From Eledone cirrhosa (lineage: Eukaryota), in NCBI GenBank assembly GCA_964016885.1, contig OZ024741.1, forward strand, positions 79,856,001 to 79,920,000: DNA of 64,000 bases, in the 5' to 3' direction. The number at the start of each line of letters is the position of its first letter. Position 1 is the first letter of the stretch. Shown here one piece after another: positions 47,124 through 61,584 of this stretch. Position numbers and translations under genes: made by a program. The notes below the pieces were generated by a model. It saw only the letters and a list, made by a program, of their open reading frames with translations. It was not told the origin of the DNA and searched no databases.

Positions 47124-47643
47124 GGATAAATTCTTAAGAGTTGCATGCTATCTAAGGTTTCAAAGCCTCCCCTTGTATAGGTCTTAGAGACAGTATATTT
47201 GCTAGTGTTGCTTCTCTTTCAGGTAATACCAAGATGCATATATACATATATGTGTGTTTGTGTGTGTGTGAAATTGTAACAGATACTGATACGTTTTAAC
47301 CTATAATTTGTAAATTCCTACGATTTTTAAAAATAGATATGCTTGATTTTGCGATTGAAAAAAAGGGGGGAAATAGTTAGTCTTATTGTTTCCAGAAAAC
47401 CCCCTATCGGTGTACATGACATAATAACAGTTCAGCAAGACATATGTATGTTTACTATACATAAATATATTGTATATGCCTTAATATTCACCTCTACTAT
47501 GAATCACATGAAGTTAGTGCTACTGTTGATCTATCTTAACCAGTTAGGTTTGCACTATATGCAAATAAGCTTCTCTAGTCAATATTTCATGCACTAAATT
47601 GTATATAAGCGATAGCTTTTTCTTGTCTCGGTACTGAATGAGT

Positions 47644-47691
47644 AACTGTCACTGATGATGGATAAGGATCCAAAAATACGTGTCTGACGTT
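47644..47691 (+). ncRNA. Decayed minimal HHR (GAAA changed to AAAA)
   Basis: aactgtca-CTGATGA-tggat aagg atcca-AAAA-tacgtg-TC-tgacgtt. Confidence 0.6.
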
Positions 47692-47832
47692 CATCCTGTT
47701 ACTGGAATAGCTGTGAAAGGATCACAGCTTAAAACAGTTGTAACGTGACATATGTTTATTGTACAAAAACCTATCCTTATATGCCTTCATATGCACCTCT
47801 ATGAGGAATCGCATATGTATGAATGTATGTAT

Positions 47833-50800
47833 GTTATCTCTTTCTCTTAATTTCGAGTATATTTTTTTTTTTGACCGGCCACCTTCCTGGTGGCAAGGTT
47901 GTAAAAGAAAAGAAATTGTCATCACTTGAATCGCAAGAATGTTTTGCAAATTTTGAAGGTGCCAGCTATCGCAGCCATTTGTAGACTATGAATTAGGGAG
48001 CTGCGCTTTTTGTCCGCAAATCCAAGTTCAGTCATACTTTAGTCCAAGCGGGTTGGTATATAACCCGTAGCTCCAATAATGATGGGTATGAAGCTAAAGG
48101 TGTATCTTGGATACTGGATTTGTAAACTCCTCATCAATGGTCCGTAGATGTCCTCCTTCTCCTGTATTTTTCTGACAACGTTTACATCAAGTGGGCAGCT
48201 GATCTACACAACAGAACACGTTTTCAATGTGTGGTCCCAAACAACAATATCAGGCAGGTTGTGCTTTAATTTGGTGGCAGTTTTTATTTTCAGGTTCCAC
48301 CAGTATTCCTTAGTGCCATCTGTCTCAATATATTCTTCCTCGTTTGTTGTTAATTTTGTTTTCCGAAGTGCGTTCCAGATGGTTCTAGTTATCCCATCGT
48401 GTCTCATGGGGAGGTAGTAGCGAGATGACATTCTTTCGCAGCTGGCAACAATGGGGCTTACATCCTCGATCTTTGTTTTACATAGCCTACATTTATTGTC
48501 AGCTGCTGGCCCTCCTCTTTTGTGCAGCAGATATTTGGTAGAGAGTTCTTGTTCCTGTATTGCATAGAGATATCCCTCAAGGTGTGATGTCATAAACTTG
48601 TCGGAACTCCATGCCAAGCTTTTTGAGTGGTTTATCCCCTCTATGGTCTGTGTTTTACGTCTCAAGTATCCATGCACTACTTTTTCTGTAAATTGGTCAA
48701 TTTTTTTTATCTTGTTTGAACATTGAATAGGATCCTCCGATTTCTCTGGGTGAGAGATTTATATCAGGCTTTATTCCATATCTCTCCTCCAGATCAGTCG
48801 CTATTCTAATGATATTTTTTTTCATGCTCATAAACCTGGGCAAGATGGTTGCCAACCTTTTTCCTCTGTTGAAGGTGTTGCTTCAGTGTTACTATCCGGG
48901 TCTCATATGTTGTTAATATTGATTTTAGACCCCCGCCACCTTCCTTGCGTGAGAAGTATAGCCTATCCACATCACCATTGATGTTAAAGTTCCCAGTAAC
49001 ACTGAGAAGTTTGCGAGTTCTAACATCCATCTCACTTAGTTCTTGCAATGACCAGTTCAGCAAGCCAAATGTTGGCGTTAGAATTGGCACATCATAAGTA
49101 TTGTGGGCAATGTATTTGTTGTACGCTGACAGTTCTGATGACCATATTTTCTTTACTCTTCTGAGGTATTCAGTTCTGGTTCTCTCCTTATTTATGGGTC
49201 CATCATATCGGACATTCTCATCCTGTCCAAGATATCTGTAGTTGTCACCTGACTGTAGAGGTTGTATTGTCAGGCCGTTTATCTCTAGATTTCTAGAGGA
49301 GGGCACAGCTCTTCCACGTTTTACTGCCAAATATGCACACTTGGACTCACCAAATTTCATTTTGATGTCGGTTGAAAATTGTGTAATGAGGTCCAATTGT
49401 TTCTTGATGTCAATGATATTTGACCCATACAACTTCAGGTCATCAACAAAGAAAAGATGGGAGATACTTCTGGACCCACTTCTTTGTCCACCTTGTTTCC
49501 AGAGTAGGTAAGATAGTGGATTCAGTGAGAGAACGAAGAGTAGCACTGACAAGCTATCACCCTGAAAGATGCCCTTCTGGTAATGTATCTTATCAGTCTT
49601 AACTTGCTCCTTCTCACCTCTAAGGATAAAATTGGTGTACCAGTTCTTGGTCAGGCGTTCAACAGCAGCTACCAATGGTTGTGGGACTTTGGCTAACTGT
49701 AAAGCCTTAATAATCCACCCATGAGGTACACTATCAAATGCTTTTTGATAGTCCAGCCACATCACAGTCATGTTTCTGCGATTCTTTGTTGTTGTTTCCT
49801 GAATCATTTTATTAGTTAGTAGGTGATCTATGCAACCCACACCTCCCTCTTTCCACCAGCTTGCTCAGGTGTTATGATGTTGTTGGTAGCACAGTGATCC
49901 TGTAAGAACAGGTTAAGGCACCCAGTATATAATGTATACATGATGTTTTGGCATGCTATTGGGCGGTAATTTTTAGCAAGGGTGGTTTGGCTATTTTGGG
50001 GAATGAGGAGAGTAGTGGCAGTTGATAACCATCTGGGCAGTTCTTGTGTGCCTTTAATGGTTTCTGTAAACAACCGTATGAGATCTTGCCGATAGAAAGT
50101 GAAATTCTTCAACCAGTATCCTGTAATGAGGTCTGGGCCTGGCGATTTCCTATTCGACATTTTCTGTAGAGCTGTTTCCAGTATTGACCCATCTATGTCA
50201 TATTGTTTTGTCTGGACATGTTGGCAGTAGTCCTGTTCCAGTTCTTTTAGCCAATTAGTTTGTCTGTTGAATCCGTCATCCGTTTCCTATACATATCTCC
50301 AGTAGCTCTCAACCTGTTCTTTTGAAGGGGTGACATTTACAGGGATTGAGCTTTTGCCACCGAAGCTGCGATAAACTGATTTAGGTTCTCTGGCAGACAA
50401 TCTATTTAGCACTTGTTGTCTATGTGCTGTTGACTTATATTTTAGTCTTTCTGTTGTAGCTGTGAGTTGTTGTTTCAACTGGTGTAATTTGGAGTTCAAA
50501 GTTTTAAATTTTGTATCTCCAAATCGTCTCTCTAACTTTTTTTTTAGGTCTTCCTGGTGTCGTGTGAAGTTGCTCTCTATGTTGCATTTCATAACGACTG
50601 CGATGTGTGAGATACTTCGTCTCAGGGACAAAATTTTGGTTTTTAAATTTCGCATCCACGCTGGTTCAGACTTTCTGTTTGTATCTTGATTGCGTGGTTT
50701 TAGATGTGTGTTATATGATAGCAATGTGACAGCTGAAACATATAACAAAATATTAAGCGTTTCAAATGTCGTTTCTACACCTTTAGATCGTATAGCCTTC

Positions 50801-52060
50801 AGATAATTGCCAGCTATTTCGTTCACCGCTTCCAATTCCAATTTAGTGAGTTCTTTACTGATTCTGGTGTTGTTTGGTCTGTCACTCACATTAAGGCTGT
50901 GTATCTCTTGAAACATATCGTTCCATATCACTTGTAAGGTGTCGACAAGTTTTTGGTGTTCTGTTTGTTCAGTAGAGTCATGAATTTCAGCCTCGTTGTT
51001 GATGTGGTGACAATTACTACTAGAGTTAGCTGACCTTTCTCGCTGTTCTTCAGTGGAAGTGAGATGGATTTCAGCAAAATTGTTGGTGAGCTGTTCACTG
51101 TTAGATTTAGCTGGCCATTCTCTTTGTCTGTTAGTGGAGGTGGGGTGGTTGTCTACAAGGGCTGTATTTGTAGTATCACTCAATTCCGTTAGATTTATCA
51201 ATTTACATCTAATGATACGTTTTGTCTGTTCATTTAAATGCTTTGGAGAAAAGTCTATTTCTGGGTGTTTGGAGTTCGATAAAGTGTTTAGCCTTTGCAT
51301 AAAACCGAACTTTGGGGGTTCAGATTGTTTGTATGCTTCATATAATTCTTTGTTAAGCTCGTAGCTCCACTGTATACAACGGTTGTAGTTGCGATTTGGT
51401 CGAAGGAGACTTGTACTTTTTGCCATGATGAGTTCGTCTATTCACTAATATTTCGTATTTATTTTTCAAAATAGTCGATGATCTTCTTTAAAAGTTTCGA
51501 CAAAGTTCTGTTAGAATCAAATTTAAAGTTATTCACAGCTTGGGTAATATTTCTTTTCAGTTAGTTTTTAATTCTACAACTGTGTTTTAAACGTTGTTCT
51601 TGAATCGTTTGAATCGAGAACAAAAAGAACCGTTACTTAGTATATTTCTTTATGAATGTAATATAATATAACAACGCTGTATTTACATGTTAAAGTTTAT
51701 GTATCATTCATATAAATAGGTGTTCTACAACTTATTCACAATATATTCACAGTTCAAACACTTATGTTTTTGCTTCTGAATCGAAAACGTTACTTGTATA
51801 TTTCTTTATAAATGTAATATAACAACGTTGCATTTATATGTTAAAGTGTATGTATCGTTCATATATCATAAGTGTATGTATCGTTCATATAAATAGGTGT
51901 TTTACAACACACAGTTCAAACACTTATGTAGAATTATTGTATGTAGTCTTACCGCGTAATGTAGCTCAACTTTTTCCAATATATGGTATGTTGCCTTGAT
52001 GTAAGCCGTAATTACACACGTCCGATTATCGGACACTGACCACAACGGTCGCCATTATAT
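47833..52060 (-). mobile_element. Near full-length R4/Dong-type non-LTR retrotransposon (RT, CCHC, RLE), inactivated
   Basis: KSPGPD, NYRPIAC, WLDYQKAFDSVPH, GIFQGDSLS, HLFFVDD, YRYLG, AIQEQ..CRLC..IVASC..RHD..PDIVVWD across ORFs 50287-51426, 49828-50160, 48806-49840 and 48204-48677. Confidence 0.9.
47920..51426 (-). pseudogene. Single LINE ORF broken by several stops and frameshifts
   Basis: Colinear ORF fragments ending near KICKTFL at ~47935. Confidence 0.85.
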
Positions 52061-52070
52061 ATGTGTGTGT

Positions 52071-52333
52071 GTATGTATGTATGTATGTATGTATGTATGT
52101 ATGTATGTATGTATGTATGTATATATGTATGTATGTATGTATGTATTTATGTCAGGTCGCTCACGAGTGCTACTGGTAACATGTAACCCAGTACAAGCAA
52201 GGAAGATGGGAAAAAACTTGTATGTATGTATGTATGTATGTATGTATGTATGTATGTATGTATGTCAGGTCGCTCACGAGTGCTACTGGTAACATGTAAC
52301 CCAGTACAAGCAAGGAAGATGGGAAAAAAACTT
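52071..52333. repeat. (TATG)n array containing two copies of a 69-bp insert
   Basis: gtcaggtcgctcacgagtgc...gggaaaaaactt at 52151-52219 and 52265-52333. Confidence 0.9.
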
Positions 52334-52587
52334 ACTCCAACACTTAATTTCAAATCTTTAATTTTTAGTTTTTAATTCTTATTAATACTATTTAATTGTA
52401 ATACTCAACATTTCATAAGATAAATTTTAATAATACATCGAAACGGGTAATACTTTATTGTCCCACTCATTTTTTCAATAATGTCATTTTTTATATAATG
52501 TCACTTTGACGAATCAAAGAAAGGAAAACAAAAACAGACCTTAAAATATATTTTCCCTGTTATTTCCAACTTCATCTGTTCTCTCTC

Positions 52588-53725
<1,138 letters not shown>

Positions 53726-53728
53726 GGT

Positions 53729-53851
53729 TCACTTATGGATTTTTTGAAAATGTTAATTATTCATTATAAAAATTAAATGATAGCAATCTATATGTAGGTG
53801 GGCCCACTTCATCTCCTGGCAAACAATATTTTTAGACCCAGTCCGCCACTG
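53729..53851 (-). repeat. DNA-transposon-like end fragment; second copy at 59812-59934
   Basis: Both copies end at ...agacccagtccgccactg (CAGTGGCGGA terminus on the minus strand). Confidence 0.6.
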
Positions 53852-53863
53852 TATACATATATA

Positions 53864-53896
<33 letters not shown>

Positions 53897-54180
53897 ATGC
53901 CAAGGATTGTAAGTTTGAATCTGAAATGCAAAAACATATATATATGAAGAAAGTAAGCCGAAATCATAGTACATTGAAATATCACAAAGAGAAAGGGTGA
54001 GAGAGGGGGGGAAGAAATGAGGTGCAAGAGAAATGAAACATGGATTAAATCTTAAAATATAGCCTAGATAGATGAGAAAGAAAACGAGGATGTTGTTTAT
54101 GGACCACCCAAATGATTTAGAAGTAGAAGCAATAACATTAAGAAAGTTATGAAGAATACCTCATCATTTTGTTTTGAAAA

Positions 54181-54478
54181 TTTTGAAAGTAGGTTTATAA
54201 CTATGAATTTACATAAGATTTTTGTAGCTGTCTCAGTGGACTAGTGGTAGGTACTCGAGACGGTGGAAATCCTGGACTTGTGTTCAATCCTGGTCGCGCG
54301 GTGCATGTAGTCTTTTTCAGTTTTTATTTGACATCCGATAGAAATAAACTGAAACACTACTCTCGACCAGGATCGAACTTCAGACCAGGACCATCACCGG
54401 CAATGGTTCCCCCAACAAAGCCGCCGAGACAGCTACGAAAGTACAATGAAAATTAATAATTATAAACCTACTTTCAAA
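54181..54478. repeat. Imperfect foldback with two convergent tRNA-like heads
   Basis: tttgaaagtaggtttata / tataaacctactttcaaa; gtagctgtctc..gttcaatcctggtcg and its inverted partner. Confidence 0.6.
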
Positions 54479-54880
54479 ATCAAAGTTAAAATGTTGTGGT
54501 GTCATTCATGGCTTTCCTAGAGCTATTCGTCATATTTAGAATCAACTTGTCAATCTTCTGGCTCTTTGGTAACCACCTTATTATGTCTGTTTAACAGTTG
54601 AATTAATTTAAGTGGGTTATTTTAACAAACAAATAATATGTATATATATAGATATATATATATAAGAAAAGGTATGACCCCGACGGCAGAGCTCAAGCCG
54701 TTTCGACGGCTATTTCTGGACTGGAAATATATATATATATATTAGAAACTGAGGGTTTTTTTTACAAAATGAAAAATAACCGAGGTGTCCTACACGAGTG
54801 AAAGTATAAAGGAAAAAAGATGAAATCGAGAATGCAACTGGAGTCTTATTTAAAAAAAATATATATATATTTATTTGGTT

Positions 54881-54915
54881 CCTTTACCGGTTTCGCAGTT
54901 CTGCTTTTCAAAAGT
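54881..54915 (-). ncRNA. Minimal HHR, U3-A8 core variant
   Basis: actt-TTGAAAA-gcag aa ctgc-GAAA-ccgg-TA-aagg. Confidence 0.68.
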
Positions 54916-55005
54916 AGAGTTGAGATGGAGGGTCTGTAGTTTTTCTCACATCTGGTTGGTCTTTGAATGTCACTTGTTTTATATGGAAAAAAGTGGCTCG
55001 AAACG

Positions 55006-55050
<45 letters not shown>

Positions 55051-55052
<2 letters not shown>

Positions 55053-55448
55053 GGAAAAATTTGAACAGGGACAAAACAGAGAGGCAGTACAACAAATGTT
55101 TATTAATTTCACGCTCTGGAGAGTGGGGTGTTGGTGGGGGACGACGTTTCGGGCATAAGCCCTTCCACAGGTGGGAATTGTGTGGGAACAGAGTTCAAAG
55201 GGTGTGTAGGGGAGTGGTGGAGAGACATATAGCGAAAGGAAACGGTGCGAATGAAAAAATAAAAAATAAAGATAAAAATAAAAATAAAAATAAAGCATGA
55301 TCAAAATACAAGGAATGAGATAAATTTAAAAATAAAGGCATGATCAAAATAAACTGAAATTAAAAGGGGGTTAAACAGGTGGTGGAAGGGTGTGGGGTGT
55401 AAATGGGGGGTCCGAGTGGGGAGGGCTGAAGGTGGTGTGTGTGTGTAG

Positions 55449-55491
<43 letters not shown>

Positions 55492-56920
55492 TAAGGGTTG
55501 GGGGAAGAACGGGGTTGCATGTTCAGAAAGAGGTGTGTGTGGGGGGGGGGGAGTTTGTGGGTCGGAGTGTCTGTGCGTGGGGGGATAGAGGGGTGGGGGG
55601 AGAGGAATCAGGAGGCTGAGGGTGTAGATATGTGGTGGAAAGCACGTGTGTGGGGTTTAAGCGTGTTGTGGGTGTAGGTGGCGTGTGGAGAAAAAAAATG
55701 TTTGGTGGGTGTGTGTGTGTGGGTGAGTTATATAGGTTGTTACGTAAGAGGATGATTGAAAAGTTGGTAAATTCCGAAGATGTTTAGTGGATTGGTGGCT
55801 GGTCAATTTCTGCGTGTGGGTATTCCATGAAGCGATGGTCGGAAGAGGAGTGATGTGGGCTGCGCGCGCAACAGGAAGTGGTCAGCAGTGGGAGTGCTGT
55901 GGTCTGTTTGTGCTGGGAGGTGGTCAGAGGGCATAGCAGCAGTCGGTGGAATGGTAAAGGGGCGAGGATGGGTAGGTGTGAAAGTTGGAGTGAGGAGGGT
56001 GTGTGTGTGTGTATTAGTAGGGGTGTTAGTGGGATGAGTGAGTGTTGAGCGAGGGTGTGGGTGGAGCGGGGAGAGAAGGGTGTGTGTGGTTCTATGGAGG
56101 GAGTGTGGTGTACTGGTGTGTGTGTAGTTGGATGAAGAGGTGTTAGTGGGTGTTAGTATACGGGAGGTGGGGAGGGGTTGAATGCAGGTGTGAGTGGGGG
56201 TTAGTGGTGGTAGGGTGTGTAGAGTTGGTGGTGTACGAGGGTGTGTGGGTACGTGTGCGTGGGGTTGGGGGGTGTTAGTGATGTTAGTTGCGTGTGGGGT
56301 GGGTGGTGTAAGTGGGTGCGTGTGTTCGTGTGCTTGGGGTTAGGGGGAGTTAGTGAGGTTAGTTGCGGGGTGGTGGGATGGAGGTGTGGGGGTGAGAGGT
56401 GTGGGGGTGAGGGTTAGTGGTGGTAGTAGGGTGTGTGTTTAGTGTGAGCGCGTGTATATATGTGCCGGTGGGTGTGTGCGTGTGATAAGGAGAGGGGAGG
56501 AGGAGAAGAGGGGAGGGAAGGGATGTTAGTATGTTAGTTGGGGAAGGGTGGTCAGATGAGGGGTGGAGTGGAGGTGTTAGTATTGTTAGTTGTGGGGTGG
56601 GCGGTGAAAAGGAGGGGGGTGTTAGTGGTGTTAGTGGGGGATAAGTGTGGGGGGAGGGGGCGGTCGAAGGCTAAAAGAATAAGGGTGGGGAGTTCAGGCC
56701 GGAGGGAGTGTGGGTCTGTAAGATGAAGATAGTTCGTTGTTCGACCGTAAGGCGATTGGCGGGGGTTCCGTGGCACTGGAGTAGGCCACAGACTGTGAGA
56801 TGGCGTGCGGAATGTCCAGGGCCACCAAATTAGCGGGCGATGGGGGAACTGCCCCCGAGACGAATATCCCGGAGGTGCTCCGTGACTCGGTCCGCCAGGC
56901 GACGTCCCGTCTGTCCGAAA
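55051..56920 (-). other. G/T-skewed low-complexity element with an HHR-like motif near its left end
   Basis: Strong G+T skew at 55370-56720; minus strand CTGTGGA-agggcttatgccc-GAAA-cgtcg-TC at 55140-55170. Confidence 0.45.
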
Positions 56921-58004
56921 TAATTCAGTGGATGGAAAAAAGCAAGCGAGGACTAGATTCCAGGACATTGAAAAAATCACTGCGTACTTAGTCGGTGGCG
57001 AATTCAAAAGAATCAATCACGTGACATCGAGGTCAATCAGTGAGGAGTGGGGTTGCTAATAAGACAGTAGCCTGGCTATTACTATGAAGCATAGCAGTAG
57101 TTTTGGCAAATTTTTGCTCAACAAAATAATTTGGAGTTAATTATAAAGAATTAGTATATCTACCAACATATATATACAGATGCATACCTATGCTAGCACA
57201 TATATAGGTTTTGTCTTAGTAACTTTGTGGTTCAATGCAAGGGGATGCAGAACAATTATATGAAAGACGCTTGCTTTTTTCCATCCACTGAATTATTTGT
57301 CCACGCTTTGCCTGGGAACTTAGCTGAGAACAGATCTCCCTGATGACGAAAGGATATTTCTCCATGTTGTTCCAATCGGAAACCATGTTTATTCCCTTTC
57401 AGAAACTAATTAGTTGGAGTGAAATTTTAGTAAGTAAGTAAATTTTTATAATTTTATTATTTTACGTCTTTCATATAATAGTTCTGCATCCCCTTGCATT
57501 GAACCACAAAGTTACTAAGACAAAACTTATATATTTGCTAGCATAGGTATACATCTGTATATATATGTTGGTAGATATACTAATTCTTTATAATTATCTC
57601 CAAATTATTTTGTTGAGCAAAAATTTGCCAAAACTACTGCTATGCTTCATAGTAATAGCCAGGCTACTGTCTTATTAGCACCCTCACTCCTCACTGATTG
57701 ACCTCGATGTCACGTGATTGATTCTTTTGAATTCGCCACCTACTAAGTAGGCAGTGATTTTTTTCAATGTCCTGGAATCTAGTCCTCGCTTGCTTTTTTC
57801 CATCCACTGAATTATTTTTGTATAAGTTCCCTGTGTACACGCTTTGCCTGGGAACTTAGCTGAGAACAGATCTCCCTGATGACGAAAGGATATTTCTCCA
57901 TGTTGTTCCAATCGGAAACGATGTTTATTCCCTTTCAGAAACTAATTAGTTGGAGTGAAATTTTAGTAAGTAAGTAAATTTTTATAATTTTATTATTTTA
58001 CGTC

Positions 58005-58010
<6 letters not shown>
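56920..58010 (+). repeat. ~536-bp tandem unit (1.4 copies) preceded by an inverted partial copy
   Basis: 57268-57473 matches 57788-58010; 56920-57269 is the reverse complement of 57466-57814. Confidence 0.85.
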
Positions 58011-58062
<52 letters not shown>

Positions 58063-58069
<7 letters not shown>

Positions 58070-59545
58070 CAAAATATTAATAAATATAGATATTCATGTG
58101 ATCAAATATATTTTATTATACATATTTCAGAGGTACTGAGCTATTTCATCAGAACGTCCTAATCAGATAAAATAAATTGATGTCTGACATACCTCGACTG
58201 TGCTGATGGTTCAAATCCAGTCTTGGCAGTGATTAGTTATGACAAAACTCAATATTTATATACCATAAGTTGAAACATGAAAAACTACATATAATAAAGA
58301 GGGCACGTATGCAAATGTGTATAAAAATATATAATAATAAATATAATAATTTTATATAAAGGCAAGTAATAAATATAAAGATAAAACTACATAACTGTTA
58401 AAAATTTAAATAATAAAATATGTGTACCTCCGTATTATAGAGGGATCAAATGAGAGAGCGAGAGAGCTAACTAGAGGAGAGAGAGAAATGGAAAGAGATT
58501 TGATAGTAAAAACAAAGAAATTGAGAAATCTATGGTAACATATAATTACATAAGGAGATGGAAAATCAAGGTATATGATGCGTGACCGTTTTTCTTTTTT
58601 CAAATATTAAGTTAATTAGAAATAATCAATTAATTAAATAACTTGAAATTTTTAGACTATAATATTTGAAAGAACCTATATTATTGTATTATATCAAAGT
58701 TAAAGCAAATATAAAGTGAAAAAGATAATTTAAAGTGAAAAAGATCATTTAACATAATTCCAAGGGTAATCAAGAGTATATTTAAATAAAAAAATATAGT
58801 CAATAATTTAGTTAGAAAGATTAAAATTTAAAATGTTATTAACTAACCATAAAGCTTAAAATGTAGTAAATATGATATTATTAAACCAGATTTATTTATA
58901 TATACGCATTTGTATATTTCATATATAAACTATAAGATTTAAATCGATATTTGTAAATTATATATAATATTAATTATTAGTTATAATTACACTTAAGAGG
59001 GTTATAAATTTGATTTAACTAGATTTTACTAAATAAGTATTTTTATTTATATTTAAATTATTTTTAGAGTCTGCTTTATTTATGTTATTCCTATTATTAC
59101 TTATTTTATAATTAGAATTACTATTATCTAGATATTCAATGTTATTTTTATATCCTGCCTTATGCAAGGCTTCATTATAATATCCAGCTTTGTTATCAAA
59201 AATGGATTTGTTAGCAGATAATCTAGTTAGACGTTGTTGAACACTATTGACTATTGCATTTTTAACAGATTTAGGGTGATTAGAATGATAGTTAACGTAA
59301 TTTAGGTTTTCATTGGGCTTATGGAAGGGGTAATTTAGTCCTGAATTTAAATTAAGGGTGACATCAAGGAAGTTTACTGTTACTTTCTACATCTAATTTC
59401 CGGTCATAATTTTTAAAGAATTCTATAATTGTTTTCTTAACCCTATTTAGTTCAGTATTGCTATGTTTAACTACAGTAAATAATATATCATCCCTATATA
59501 AACCACCGGTAATCTCCGGCAATGTTCTATTTATCATATTAAGGA
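58063..59545 (-). mobile_element. Internally deleted PLE: RT remnant, 3' region and decayed HHR at 58109-58174
   Basis: 59100-59530 is homologous to 38940-39362 (ITGGLYRDD); the HHR is homologous to 40156-40222 with CTGATTA. Confidence 0.8.
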
Positions 59546-61584
59546 TAAATATATATATATATATATATATAATTAGTAAATTTTTATATTATTCAAATAG
59601 AGAGGTATAGGTAACCCATACACTATAGAAACAATTGTTACCTAATAAATTCTTTATACCCGCATTTCCGTTTCATAAACTTCTTCTCTCTCTATATATA
59701 TATATATATTGAGTGAGTGTGAAAGACAAAAGGTCATTATTGAAAGTCTCTGGATTTCGCAAAATATATATTTCTTTATTTTCCACAAAAATTTGATTGC
59801 ACCGTTTTGTTTCCACTTATGTATTTTTTGAAAATGTTATTTATTCATTATAAAAATTAAATGATATCCTTCTATATGTAGGTGGGCCCCCTGCATCTCC
59901 TGGCAACCAATATTTTAGACCCAGTCCGCCACTGTGTATGTATGTATCTGAATAGTAGAGAGACCAGGTGTAAGACTTACATCTAATAAGATATATCAAT
60001 TTTATATATATTTGCGTAATGTGCCCCACAGTCATTGGGGTGAAAAGGCGTGAGGATATAAAAAAAGAAAATGTAACAGAGAAAGAGGACAATATGTTCG
60101 ATGCGTCTTTCGCGGCTTGGGAGGTTAAAATAAGGTAGATGGTTCAACAAGGAAGAATGAGTGAGAGAAAAAAATAGAGTGGGAAATCAACATATTACAT
60201 TCTACACACAAATATTCACATACAGAGGTGCATACATATACGAAAGCATTAATATAGTAATGTATCACATTATAAAAAAATCGTTCTAATTTGATAAATA
60301 TGAAAACGTATACATATATTATTTATTAAACAACCTCGTAATTCTTTAGTGAATCGTTGGATTACCGGGGAAGTCAGGGGGTTGCTAACAAATAAAAATG
60401 CAATCTGTCATACATATTTTTTTTTCTTTCCTTACCTCCACCTCCGGGTTGATCTCAGAGAGGGCATGGATAAAGGAGGATGGTGAGAAGATGAGAGTAA
60501 AAAGCAGTAAGAGTAAATAAAGAAAAGAAAAAGTCAGCATACTCTTTCTCTTTTTCACGATATTGACTATGTACATAAATATATTTTATTCACATTTATA
60601 ATTACTTTTTCATCTTTAGGAAATTAAAATAAATTTTTATATGAAACAGTACTATATTAATGCTTTTATTATTGAATACCCATCATTTTCTGTTTGTTTT
60701 GCTCATGAGTGATATAAGTACTGTAAACTTTCACTTGAATATCTAATATTTCGTGGTCCCATTTTTTTCTACGCTTCATCATTGTAAAAAATATAAGATA
60801 TTATTTTCTGTTATTTTCTGACAGTTTCAGATTTTATTACAAAACGCATTAAACCCGATCTCACATATTAATGCAGCATAAAATTGTATCAACTACATCA
60901 CATCCATTCTGGCGGATATGATGAAGATAGAAATGTATCTTGTGCATTAAAAAGATAGTTTGCCGAGGTATTTAGAGAACTGGTTCTAACGAAAATGATA
61001 TTTATAAAGAAAAGTTTGATTTCCTGCAGCTTCTGGTAAGATTTACCGTTAATTAAATATTTCCAATAGAATGCTAGTCTTTCAATGACTCTTTGAAATA
61101 TTTTTATTTACCCACGGAACAAACAAAATCAAAGAAAACGAAATCCCTTGTTTATTTCTAGAAGTCTTTTGAATCCGTTTATTTACACGTAAATTGAAAT
61201 GAAGATGTAATCTTTGAAGCGGAATCTGAATGCGACTATAGGAGTAATTAATTAAAATTAATTTTTTTAAAATAAACAAATATTGTTCTTTAATTATTGT
61301 TAATTATTAAGAGATAGATGCTCAACTAATATTCCCTCCAAATGTGAAATAACTTTATATCTCGCTGTATAAATGCATACAGGTCTTGTGAGTGGGATGA
61401 CATCGTTATTTCTTGGGGAATAACAATGTAAGTTGTGGCTTGGAAAGAAGGGCATGGACAAATGCTGATCTTCCATAAAACCTTTTCCCAGACCTACACT
61501 CTGAAGAGGGCACTTTAGTATCATATTATCAGATTATCATTCACCACAACCTACCAAATTTACTTCGAGGACTTTCCCGGAGCG

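Noticed and set aside
48148-51364. Plus-strand ORFs over the LINE, and 98-aa ORFs antisense to the GIY-YIG domains at 29818 and 31111
   Set aside because: Antisense shadows of retroelement coding sequence with no motifs of their own
54224-54300. Functional tRNA gene
   Set aside because: Only A/B-box-like motifs; no complete cloverleaf could be built
56552-57016. 154-aa Pro/Thr-rich ORF
   Set aside because: Arises from the C/A-rich low-complexity strand and crosses a repeat junction
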